Positions 31,541 to 40,394 of a stretch of DNA of 64,000 nucleotides are shown here, piece after piece; within the stretch, counting starts at the first letter, position 1; the number at the start of each line of letters is the position of its first letter. Made by a program: the position numbers and the translations under genes. The notes under the pieces were generated by a model that worked only from the letters and a program-made list of their open reading frames with translations, did no database searches and was not told where the DNA came from. Origin of the DNA: Candidatus Poribacteria bacterium (GTDB lineage Bacteria > Poribacteria > WGA-4E > WGA-3G); the NCBI GenBank assembly GCA_965215265.1, contig OZ244048.1, positions 2,048,001 through 2,112,000 of the forward strand. The letters run 5' to 3'.

Positions 31541-33493
31541 ATGTACCAAGGGAGACGACATCTTATCATTGGCACAGCCGGACATGTGGACCACGGGAAA
31601 ACAGCACTCGTCGGGACGCTCACCGGCATTGAAACCGACCGGCTCAAGGAAGAACGGGAAAGAGGACTCTCTATTGAATTGGGGTTCGCGTACTTTGATT
31701 TACCAGACGGCTCCCGGGCTGGCATTGTTGATGTACCAGGCCACGAGAAATTCATTCGGAACATGCTATCCGGGGCATACGGTATGGATGTGGTTCTGTT
31801 TGTCGTTGATGCGAAAGAGGGTGTCCAAGAACAGACGCTTGAACACCTAGCAATCTTGGATCTGCTCGGCATCTCAAACGGAATCCTTGTGATGACTAAA
31901 TCCGATATTGCGACACCCGACGAACTCGCTGAATCTACCGAAATGACACAAGAAATGCTCGTCGGGACAACACTCGAAGGCATACCAACTGTCAGCGTTT
32001 CATCCATAACGGGCACTGGAATTGAGCACCTTAAGCAAACTATTGTCAAACAGGTAAAGGCTGCCAACGAAGCGCAGGAGCATGATGGCATTCCGCGGCT
32101 CTACGTCGACCGGGTTTTTACCCTTCAAGGCTTTGGTGTCGTGGTTACTGGCACTCTCATAGGCGGTTCCATTAATCGTGAACAACGGATGGTGCTGCTA
32201 CCGCGTGGAGATGTCGTGCGCATTCGAGGCATCCAAGTGCATAATAAACCTGCGACAGCAGCTGAAGCAGGGCAAAGAACAGCGTTAAACCTCTCCGGTA
32301 TCTCCGCAAACGACATTCAACGCGGCAATGTTCTCTGCCCGTCTGAATTTTCCCGGGTGACTGACAACATTGATATATCCTTACAAGTCTTATCCGGGTT
32401 TCCTAGAATTCTCGAACACTGGACCCGGTTTCGCGCCTACATCGGAACATGCGAGATATTTTGCAGGTTGATTCTACTTGTTGATGAAGCCATTCTACCC
32501 GGCGACACCGTTCAAGTCCAACTACGTCTAGAACGGCCGATTTTAACCTTTAGAGGAGATCGAATTATTTTGCGCGATTTTTCCGCACAACACACAGTAG
32601 GCGGAGGCACAGTTATTAACCCGTTCGCACCTAAACATAAGCGCTTTACGCAAGAAACCTTTGACACCCTCGCACAGTGGGAAGAAGCCGATGATGCACA
32701 CGTAGTTAACACAGTATTGAAGCAGATGCCAACTCTCTGTGTACCCGAGTCGTTCCTTTATTACTACCTGCCGCACTCAAAAGCGAACGTTGGCACAATC
32801 TTCAACGCATTAGAATCGGAGAAGAAGATCGTCCGGTGGGAACCCTCAAGCCGCACCCCACTTGTCTCTGACGCTGCTCGCACCGCTGCCTATAAAAATA
32901 GGATCAAAGCAGCACTGTCAGAATTTCACCAAGCACAGCCCCTTCGCACCGGTCAGAATGCGTCGCAACTTCGACTTCAACTCAAATTGGACGAAACCGG
33001 ATTTGAGAAACTGGCAGATAGACTCATTGCTGAAGGAGAACTCTTTAAAGACGGAAATCTATTGCGGTTAGCATCGCATCAAATCCAATTTTCTGAAGAG
33101 GAAGAAACCGCCAAGCAAACATTAGAGAAACTTTTCTTAGAAGCCGGTATCAATACGCCTACACTGAAAGAACTTATGACCGGTTCAGGCCGGATAACCT
33201 TAGACGAATATACACCTGAGGTTATTGAATCCACCTTTTTTGCTTTGCTCAACCTGGGACAATTTGTCAAAATAGCCGATACTTTCTTCATTCACAAAAC
33301 TGTTTTTGAGGACATCGTTGATTTATTAACCGACTTCCTTCACAAAAATGATGTCATATCGGTGGCAGAATTTAGAGAACTAGCACAAACTTCTCGAAAA
33401 TACGCAGTCCCTTTTCTGGAAGCTTGTGACGGCCGTAACATTACCATTAGGGATGGCAATATCCGAAAATTGCACCCACGATTGCAGAAATAG
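31541..33493 (+). CDS. selB: Selenocysteine-specific elongation factor
   Basis: GTAGHVDHGKT, DVPGHEKFIRNM, AGQRTALNL, C-terminal winged helix TSRKYAVPFLE. Confidence 0.95.
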   Translation: MYQGRRHLIIGTAGHVDHGKTALVGTLTGIETDRLKEERERGLSIELGFAYFDLPDGSRAGIVDVPGHEKFIRNMLSGAYGMDVVLFVVDAKEGVQEQTLEHLAILDLLGISNGILVMTKSDIATPDELAESTEMTQEMLVGTTLEGIPTVSVSSITGTGIEHLKQTIVKQVKAANEAQEHDGIPRLYVDRVFTLQGFGVVVTGTLIGGSINREQRMVLLPRGDVVRIRGIQVHNKPATAAEAGQRTALNLSGISANDIQRGNVLCPSEFSRVTDNIDISLQVLSGFPRILEHWTRFRAYIGTCEIFCRLILLVDEAILPGDTVQVQLRLERPILTFRGDRIILRDFSAQHTVGGGTVINPFAPKHKRFTQETFDTLAQWEEADDAHVVNTVLKQMPTLCVPESFLYYYLPHSKANVGTIFNALESEKKIVRWEPSSRTPLVSDAARTAAYKNRIKAALSEFHQAQPLRTGQNASQLRLQLKLDETGFEKLADRLIAEGELFKDGNLLRLASHQIQFSEEEETAKQTLEKLFLEAGINTPTLKELMTGSGRITLDEYTPEVIESTFFALLNLGQFVKIADTFFIHKTVFEDIVDLLTDFLHKNDVISVAEFRELAQTSRKYAVPFLEACDGRNITIRDGNIRKLHPRLQK

Positions 33494-33520
33494 GAATTTC
33501 AGACTTTTTGTAGTAAACCT

Positions 33521-33614
33521 GGGAGAGGATAGGGTCCGGTGGCCCTACCGGTCTTCAAAACCGGCTTGTCCATGCAAGTGGATAGGTGGGTTCGACTCCC
33601 ACCCTCTCCCGCCA
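33521..33614 (+). tRNA. selC: tRNA-Sec (anticodon TCA)
   Basis: 8-bp acceptor stem GGGAGAGG/CCTCTCCC, 6-bp D-stem AGGGTC/GGCCCT, anticodon arm CCGGT-CTTCAAA-ACCGG, long variable arm, T-arm GTGGG-TTCGACT-CCCAC, G discriminator and CCA; directly after selB. Confidence 0.95.
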
Positions 33615-33710
33615 TTTTTATTACGGATAGCCGGATCCGTTTTCCTATAGCAATCATCAAACTGACACCTGAATACAGACAAATAAACGTGCCGGTAACT
33701 TAAAACGACT

Positions 33711-34700
33711 ATGCACAAACCACTCCCGATATTTGATTCAGCAACACAAGCGCATCGGAGACATCCGGTCTGGATTAAGGCCCGCATGCCCGGCGGTAAA
33801 AATTACGCAGAACTCAAAAAATTGATGCGGAACTTAGAACTCCACACCGTCTGTGAAGAAGCAAGATGTCCTAATATCGGTGAATGCTGGAACAGCCGAA
33901 CCGCCACTTTCATGATATTAGGCGATGTCTGTACTCGACGCTGTATGTTCTGTGCTGTAAAAAAAGGAAACCCTGATGGAGCCGTCGACGTTGATGAACC
34001 CCAAAGACTTGGCGAAGCCGTCGGTTATTTAAAACTGAAACACGTCGTCATCACGTCTGTCAACCGTGATGATTTGCCGGATGGCGGCGCGCGCACTTTC
34101 GCCGCATGTATTGCTGAAGCACGTGAGAATCGCCCATCCTGTACAGTGGAAGTCCTTATCCCTGACCTTGAAGGAAATTGGGATGCACTTAAGATGATCG
34201 TCGAAGCACAACCAGAAGTGCTTAATCATAATACGGAAACCGTGCCGAGACTTTATCGGCGCGTTCGCCCCTACGCGAATTATGAGCAGACGCTAACCCT
34301 CCTCCGGATGGGCAAACACTACGCAAAAATCCTTTTTCGGAATCCAGAAACAGTAGAAATCGACAAGACAGGATTCGTCAAAACTTCATCTGGATACTAC
34401 ACACAAAAAATGCTTACAAAATCAGGAATTATGGTAGGACTAGGCGAAACCGTAACAGAACTTTTAGAAACAATGCAAGACATTCGCGATACCGATTGTG
34501 ATATTCTTACAATCGGGCAATACCTGTCTCCGTCATCACGCCACCTGCCAATTCAACGCTACTATACACCCGAAGAATTTGCAGAACTCAAAGCAGCAGG
34601 CATGGAAATGGGATTTCGATATGTAGAATCCGGGCCCCTAGTACGGAGCTCATATCATGCCGGCGAACAAGCACGTTTAGCATCAAACTTGCCGGCCTAA
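33711..34700 (+). CDS. lipA: Lipoyl synthase (with ~26 aa insertion)
   Basis: CEEARCPNIGEC, CTRRCMFC, TKSGIMVGLGE, GPLVRSSYHA. Confidence 0.96.
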   Translation: MHKPLPIFDSATQAHRRHPVWIKARMPGGKNYAELKKLMRNLELHTVCEEARCPNIGECWNSRTATFMILGDVCTRRCMFCAVKKGNPDGAVDVDEPQRLGEAVGYLKLKHVVITSVNRDDLPDGGARTFAACIAEARENRPSCTVEVLIPDLEGNWDALKMIVEAQPEVLNHNTETVPRLYRRVRPYANYEQTLTLLRMGKHYAKILFRNPETVEIDKTGFVKTSSGYYTQKMLTKSGIMVGLGETVTELLETMQDIRDTDCDILTIGQYLSPSSRHLPIQRYYTPEEFAELKAAGMEMGFRYVESGPLVRSSYHAGEQARLASNLPA

Positions 34701-34722
34701 CGGTTCTCTATGTTGACATCGC

Positions 34723-34771
34723 GGGCGCAGGTTTCTAACTGCTCTCGCCTAGGTTGGGAAACCTCGCCTAC
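34723..34771. repeat. REP-like GTAG inverted repeat
   Basis: GGCGCAGGTTTCTAACT ... GGTTGGGAAACCTCGCCTAC imperfect palindrome. Confidence 0.55.
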
Positions 34772-34871
34772 CAATAAATGCACTTATGTCTTCAGATTTT
34801 ACTCTAGTGTGTACGCTTATTTCCCAAATTCTAAAAATTTTCAGGTTTACACAAAAACTGATTTTTGGTAA

Positions 34872-35321
34872 AATAATACCTACGAAACCCTCTTTTTCTC
34901 AGAAGGATACGCATGCGGTAAATGCCACACAGCTCACGGCAGAGGGACCACCGGCACAGGGAACGAAATAGGGCCCGATCTGACCTATATTGCTCGAACC
35001 CGGGCACCACAATTCATTGTGGTGTCGATCCTAAATCCCCGGGCCTATATCGCACCTGAATATGAAATGCTAACCATCGTCACTAAAGATGGAAAGGAAA
35101 TTACCAGCAGGAAACGTCATCTGTATGATCATGGAGGAAACGAAGATACAGAGACGTTGCAAATACTTGACAAATCAGGAAAGTTATGGACAACTTACTT
35201 CAAAAAGGATTTGAGGAGCAGCAGCACCCGACAAACAGGCGTTATGCCCGAAAACTTTGCTGATATTCTTTCAGTCAAACAGATGCATGACCTTTTGGCG
35301 TATCTGCTTACTTTGAAGTGA
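34872..35321 (+). pseudogene. 5'-truncated c-type heme-binding domain (PVC-type CxxCH) remnant
   Basis: The frame upstream of the 35019 ORF reads LFFSEGYACGKCHTAHG...IGPDLT...SILNP...GVMPENF...DLLAYL. There is no start codon between the TAA at 34869 and the CxxCH motif. Confidence 0.7.
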
Positions 35322-35337
35322 AGTCTAACACATTCTT

Positions 35338-35372
35338 ATAGACGCACGTTGTAGGCGTGCATCTATTTTTTT
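35338..35372 (+). terminator. Intrinsic terminator-like hairpin
   Basis: ATAGACGCACG/CGTGCATCTAT stem (one mismatch) followed by a T run. Confidence 0.6.
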
Positions 35373-35386
35373 ACTGAGGAAAGTTA

Positions 35387-36190
35387 ATGATTCGTGTCAT
35401 AATTAATGGGGCATGTGGCCGCATGGGCATGCTCATCACACAAAGTGTTGCTCAACAAACTGAGATGAAACTCGTAGGAGCGGTTGAGTTTCCCTCACAC
35501 CCACAAATTGGCAGTGATGCCGGGGTTGTTGCAGGTATTGGCAAAATCGGAATCCCAATTACCGGAGAACTTGACGATGTGCTCGATAACGCGGATGTCC
35601 TTATCGAATTCTCCAAACCGGCAGCAACATTGGCGCATCTACAGCAGGTTGTTGCTGCAGATAAAGCAATGGTAATCGCTACAACAGGATTCACCGCAGA
35701 AGAACTCGCTAACGTACACGAACTCGCACGGAAGATTCGCTGTGTCATGGCACCCAACATGAGCCTCGGCGTCAACGTTATGATTCAAGCACTTCAATTG
35801 ATTGCTAAAGCACTGGGCGATGATTACAATATCGAAGTCATAGAGGCACATCACAACCACAAGGCAGACTCTCCTAGTGGTACCGCGCTTCGATTAGCTG
35901 AAACTGTCGCTACCGCACTCGGACGCGACTTGGCAGAAGTGGGCGTTTACGGACGCCATGGCATCGTCGGACCGAGAAGTCAAAAGGAAATCGGTATACA
36001 CGCCGTCCGCGGCGGGGACATTGCAGGAGAACATACCGTGCTCTTCGCGACAGAAGGCGAACAACTCAGCGTTGTACATCGCGCACACAGCCCTGAGGCA
36101 TTCGCAAAAGGCGCGATCCGAGCAGCACGGTGGGTGCTGGACGCACCCAGAGGACTGCACGATGTTAGCGAAGTTTTATTTCGGAATTAG
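35387..36190 (+). CDS. dapB: 4-hydroxy-tetrahydrodipicolinate reductase
   Basis: GACGRMG, APNMSLGVN, EAHHNHKADSPSGTA, RGGDIAGEH. Confidence 0.96.
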   Translation: MIRVIINGACGRMGMLITQSVAQQTEMKLVGAVEFPSHPQIGSDAGVVAGIGKIGIPITGELDDVLDNADVLIEFSKPAATLAHLQQVVAADKAMVIATTGFTAEELANVHELARKIRCVMAPNMSLGVNVMIQALQLIAKALGDDYNIEVIEAHHNHKADSPSGTALRLAETVATALGRDLAEVGVYGRHGIVGPRSQKEIGIHAVRGGDIAGEHTVLFATEGEQLSVVHRAHSPEAFAKGAIRAARWVLDAPRGLHDVSEVLFRN

Positions 36191-38219
36191 GACGAATAAA
36201 CTAACAAAAGCCAGCATTCCAGTTTTATATCTGCTCTGCTTTATCTTAGCGTGCACAGATGCACCACCTAAGCACTTTGAATGGAAAACTGTTGTCAAAG
36301 GCGACTGGAGCGCTCATCTCTACGATGTTCATTTTGTCTCTGAAAAAATAGGATGGGCTGTCGGAAATCAGGCGGGGATGCGCCCACCCTCACACCTATC
36401 CCCAGCACACCACACGCACACCGATGCTTACGAGCAGGCCTCAGAAGCAAGGACGACAGAAAGCATCATTATCCATACCGACGATGGCGGGAAAAACTGG
36501 AATCGACAACATAGCGGAATCTTCGGAAAACCGCTGCGAAAAATCTTTTTTCGGAATAGTTCTGAGGGTTGGTGTGTCGGAGAAGATGGCGTTCTCATCC
36601 GAACAACGGATGGCGGAGAGAAATGGGACCGGCTTGAAACGGAAACTGATAATAATTTACATGATATTTTTATTTTAGGAAAGACAGGCTGGGTTGTCGG
36701 GGATTGGGGCACCCTCCTCCAAACAACGGATGGCGGGCAAACCTTTAACCTAATTGAAGCAAGCATTGATGGCGACAAAGCACATGCTTTCAACAAAAAA
36801 TCCTTGCAAGCCATCCATTTTGCTGATAACATGCACGGATGGATTGTTGCATACAGTACACCGCGTAATGGTGATAGAAACTCAGGGTATATCTATGCCA
36901 CTGCAGACGGTGGGCAGACATGGCAGCAGCAATTTTCAACGGAACCCGCGCTCTTCAATCTGCATTTTCTTGACAGAATGACGGGTTGGGTAGTCGGGGA
37001 TAAACGGAGCCTGTTTTTTACAAACGATGGCGGCAATACCTGGGAATTTGTGACAGACGGAAGCAACAAACGCCACAAAGAGAATTACGGACAGCCAGAT
37101 TACCTCGGTAACGAACTGCTGCATACCTTTACACTCTACGACATCGATTTCGTAGACGCATCACACGGATGGATTGTCGGCGATTTAGGGGTGATTCTTC
37201 ACAAACAGAAAGATAAGTGGAAGCACCAACGCGGCGGCCCCCGATTTCATAACAGTGCCGATGCACTCCTTTTAGGAGTGGACTTCATCTCTAAAAAACT
37301 CGGTTGGGCAGTCGGTGAAAATGGCACAATTTTACAGACGCGTAACGGGGGTATCACATGGGAATCACAATCCAATCCGAGCCACCTCCTCGTTGATGTG
37401 TGTGCCGTTTCGCCTGAGGAAGCCTACGTTGTCGGAGACCGTGGCGCGATTTTGCAAACACGAAATGGCGGCAACGCTTGGAATACACAAGATAGCCGCA
37501 CTACCGAGTGTTTCGGGGCAACCCACTTCGTATCCACACAAAAAGGATGGGCAGTCGCCGAATCCGGCGTAATCCTACATACCACAAACGGCGGAAGCCT
37601 CTGGAAACGGCAATTCGCAGATACAGAGCAAGACCTTTTGGCGCTCTTCTTTGTCGATGAACACACAGGTTGGTGTGTCGGAAGCGGAGGAGACATTATC
37701 CACACCGAGGACGGCGGAAAGAGCTGGCAATGGCAGAAAAGCGGAACAAGTGCTACCCTCTTTGACGTGCACTTTACCTCAAAACAGAAAGGATGGGCAG
37801 TCGGTGTCAGAGGAACAATACTTTACACAGTCGACGGTGGAAAACGGTGGCACATTTCGCCCATTAGCCGACATTACGAATTCTGGTTAGATGCTGTCTA
37901 CTTCGTTTCACCCTACTCCGGTTGGATTGTTGGAATTGAAGGAACAATTCTGCACACCCAAAATGGAGGCAAAACGTGGCAACGTCAGAAAAGCTACACG
38001 CAAAATTTCCTTGATGATGTCTTTTTTATTAATGAGAGAGAGGGTTGGGCCGTCGGAAAAGAGGGCGTTGTTTTGCACACCAAAGACAGCGGCAAAAACT
38101 GGAGGCCCCAACGCACCGATACGCGGACAGATCTCAAAGCTATTTACATGGGCAGCCCGAATAACGGATGGGTGGTTGGCCAATACGGAACAATTCTCAC
38201 TTATACAGAAATAGAATAA
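36162..38219 (+). CDS. YCF48-related BNR/Asp-box repeat lipoprotein
   Basis: More than ten GW(V/A)VG..G.IL.T.DGG.TW repeats; LAC lipobox. Start uncertain. Confidence 0.88.
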   Translation: MLAKFYFGIRTNKLTKASIPVLYLLCFILACTDAPPKHFEWKTVVKGDWSAHLYDVHFVSEKIGWAVGNQAGMRPPSHLSPAHHTHTDAYEQASEARTTESIIIHTDDGGKNWNRQHSGIFGKPLRKIFFRNSSEGWCVGEDGVLIRTTDGGEKWDRLETETDNNLHDIFILGKTGWVVGDWGTLLQTTDGGQTFNLIEASIDGDKAHAFNKKSLQAIHFADNMHGWIVAYSTPRNGDRNSGYIYATADGGQTWQQQFSTEPALFNLHFLDRMTGWVVGDKRSLFFTNDGGNTWEFVTDGSNKRHKENYGQPDYLGNELLHTFTLYDIDFVDASHGWIVGDLGVILHKQKDKWKHQRGGPRFHNSADALLLGVDFISKKLGWAVGENGTILQTRNGGITWESQSNPSHLLVDVCAVSPEEAYVVGDRGAILQTRNGGNAWNTQDSRTTECFGATHFVSTQKGWAVAESGVILHTTNGGSLWKRQFADTEQDLLALFFVDEHTGWCVGSGGDIIHTEDGGKSWQWQKSGTSATLFDVHFTSKQKGWAVGVRGTILYTVDGGKRWHISPISRHYEFWLDAVYFVSPYSGWIVGIEGTILHTQNGGKTWQRQKSYTQNFLDDVFFINEREGWAVGKEGVVLHTKDSGKNWRPQRTDTRTDLKAIYMGSPNNGWVVGQYGTILTYTEIE

Positions 38220-38284
38220 AGGCAGCGAAAAGTCCCGCAACGCCAACCGACACGCACATTACGAATTGGGACGGAGGAGCAGCA

Positions 38285-39028
38285 ATGACAGACGAACAGA
38301 AGTATCTATTTGACTTGCAAGGCTATATTGTGTTGAACGATGTCATTCCAAAGCAGGTCATCGATTCGTGCAACACGGTTTTGGACCGGTTCGAGCAAAT
38401 GCCGCCAGCGGAATATCCGCCCCCGCTGTGCCTCGGCACACAGCGAACGGAGAAAGAACTCTATATCTCTAATATCTTGGAAGCAGACACAGTTTTTAAC
38501 GCGCTCATCGATATTCCAGAGGTCCTGGACGTGGTTGCAGGAGTCACAGGTGGACCGTACCGTCTCAATCATACCTATACGATTTATCGATGGGGCGGCG
38601 GCTATACAGGCTTACACATGCACGGCACACCAATTATTCCAAAATGTCAATACCACTGCAAGAATGGCGAAATGGTTTCAACACTGACTAAGGCTGTCTT
38701 TCCGATGCTAGATTGTGACGTAGCAGATGGATGTTTCGCCGTTATTCCGGGCGCGCATAAGAGTAATTTCCCCAAACCGTGGGGAAGTCACCCCGACGAA
38801 AATCCCGTACTCACACCCATCCCCGCAAAAGCAGGTGATGCCATTATCTTTACGGAAGCACTCACACACGGCTCTGTCATTAACGTCTCCGGTAAACCGC
38901 GCAGAACCCTTTATTACTGCTATAGCATCGGTTACATGCCCGACTGGGGCGGCCAAGGCTTGAATTTTAGCGATAATGTCATGAATCAACTCAATCAAGC
39001 ACAACAAGCAATCCTTCAACTCAAATAA
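38285..39028 (+). CDS. Phytanoyl-CoA dioxygenase (PhyH) family protein
   Basis: MTDEQKYLFDLQGY, GCFAVIPGAHKSN, FTEALTHGS, RRTL; GGAGGAG RBS. Confidence 0.88.
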   Translation: MTDEQKYLFDLQGYIVLNDVIPKQVIDSCNTVLDRFEQMPPAEYPPPLCLGTQRTEKELYISNILEADTVFNALIDIPEVLDVVAGVTGGPYRLNHTYTIYRWGGGYTGLHMHGTPIIPKCQYHCKNGEMVSTLTKAVFPMLDCDVADGCFAVIPGAHKSNFPKPWGSHPDENPVLTPIPAKAGDAIIFTEALTHGSVINVSGKPRRTLYYCYSIGYMPDWGGQGLNFSDNVMNQLNQAQQAILQLK

Positions 39029-39162
39029 AAAATTCGAACAAAAATTGATAACACGGATTAAAATGCAGTTACGGTTGTTTGGAAAATGCCGTAATAGGCT
39101 CCTACGCGTTATCAGTTTCATCTACATTTACCAACTATCAGAAAGCAGAAAGGATAAACAGT

Positions 39163-40335
39163 TTGATTACAATTGCCGAACGGTTACAAAAACTTCCACC
39201 CTATCTCTTTGTAGATTTACGTCAGAAAATGGCGGCAGCGAAAGCACGCGGCGTTGATGTCATTTCTCTCGGCATCGGAGACCCGGATATGCCGACACCA
39301 GACGCAGTCGTTGAAACCCTCTGCAGTGCAATTCAGAATCCGGCAGATCCGGATAGGCACCGCTACGGTTGCGACAACCCAGTCCCGGATTTCCCACAAG
39401 CAGTCCGAGACTTCTATCAGCACCGGTACGGTGTCTCCCTAACCGATGCACAGGTAGCCATCACACTTGGCAGTAAAGATGCCATCGTAAAAATGGCGTT
39501 GGGAATACTCAACCCCGGCGACATCGGCATCGCCGCGAGCCCAGGCTATCCGACATATAACATTGGGCATGTCTTCGCCAGTGCAACGACTTATTATGCC
39601 CCTTTACTCCGCCAAAATAATTTTTACGTCGACTTTGACGCAATTCCTGATGAAATGAAACGTCTTGCTAAGGTTTTATGGATTAACTACCCAAACAATC
39701 CAACCACAGCTACCGCAGAACTTGACTTTTTCGAGCGCGCCGTCGCATTTGGGCGCGAAAACAGCATCTTAATCGCACACGATAACGCATATAGCGAAAA
39801 TACTTACGACGACTACCGGGCTCCAAGTATCTTGCAGGTAGAAGGTGCCGACGAAACCGCAGTCGAATTCTTTTCCTTGAGTAAAGCGTTCAATATGACA
39901 GGTTGGCGGTTGGGGTTTGTCGTAGGCAACGCAACAGCGGTTGAAGCTGTTAAGACAGTCAAAGATAATATCGATAACGGCTCACTCCGCGCACTTCAAT
40001 TCGCAGGTGCGAAAGCCCTTTCAATGGCAGACGACATCACACCATCACTAAATAAAATCTATCAAAAACGCCGTGATATGGTCGTCGACGCACTCATACA
40101 GAGCGGATGGACACTTGAAAAACCGAAAGCGACCATGTACGTCTGGGCACCTGTTCCTGCTCGATTTGAAAACTCCAGTCGCGCCTTCGCCACAGCACTG
40201 CTTGAAGAAGCAGGCGTGGTTGTTACGCCCGGGCTCGGCTATGGGCAATGGAGTGAAGGCTATTTTCGCATCTCTCTGACTTATCCTGACACCGTAATCT
40301 CAGAAGCGGTGAGCAGAATTCAAGATTTTTCGTAA
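39163..40335 (+). CDS. dapL: LL-diaminopimelate aminotransferase-like class I/II aminotransferase
   Basis: RLQKLPPYLF, ISLGIGDPD, NYPNNPT, HDNAYSE, SLSKAFNMTGWRLG; near dapB; probable TTG start. Confidence 0.75.
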   Translation: MITIAERLQKLPPYLFVDLRQKMAAAKARGVDVISLGIGDPDMPTPDAVVETLCSAIQNPADPDRHRYGCDNPVPDFPQAVRDFYQHRYGVSLTDAQVAITLGSKDAIVKMALGILNPGDIGIAASPGYPTYNIGHVFASATTYYAPLLRQNNFYVDFDAIPDEMKRLAKVLWINYPNNPTTATAELDFFERAVAFGRENSILIAHDNAYSENTYDDYRAPSILQVEGADETAVEFFSLSKAFNMTGWRLGFVVGNATAVEAVKTVKDNIDNGSLRALQFAGAKALSMADDITPSLNKIYQKRRDMVVDALIQSGWTLEKPKATMYVWAPVPARFENSSRAFATALLEEAGVVVTPGLGYGQWSEGYFRISLTYPDTVISEAVSRIQDFS

Positions 40336-40394
40336 ACTCGAATAACTGAGAAGCGGCCACGTGGACAACCTGTGCAAGCAAAACTTCCTTGGAA

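Larger units (their letters stand above)
29441..31543 (+). repeat. Tandem duplication, two ~1.05 kb units (29441-30495 and 30502-31543)
   Basis: Both units start AGGAATTCTGATAGACTTT and end GGGTTTATAGTTATG, and are near-identical throughout. Confidence 0.95.

Noticed and set aside
31477-32091. 204 aa minus-strand ORF
   Set aside because: Antisense shadow of the selB G-domain.
33426-33787. 74 aa and 80 aa ORFs around selC
   Set aside because: They overlap tRNA-Sec and are spurious.
34869-35018. Selenocysteine read-through as explanation for the start-less heme ORF
   Set aside because: The upstream in-frame stop is TAA, not TGA.
35958-36161. N-terminal extension of the YCF48-like ORF
   Set aside because: It overlaps dapB in another frame, and the signal peptide begins after 36162.
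36300-38200. Periodic DNA repeats (GATGGCGG, GGATGG) that could suggest an array
   Set aside because: They are explained by BNR/Asp-box protein repeats. No CRISPR array or cas gene was seen in the window.
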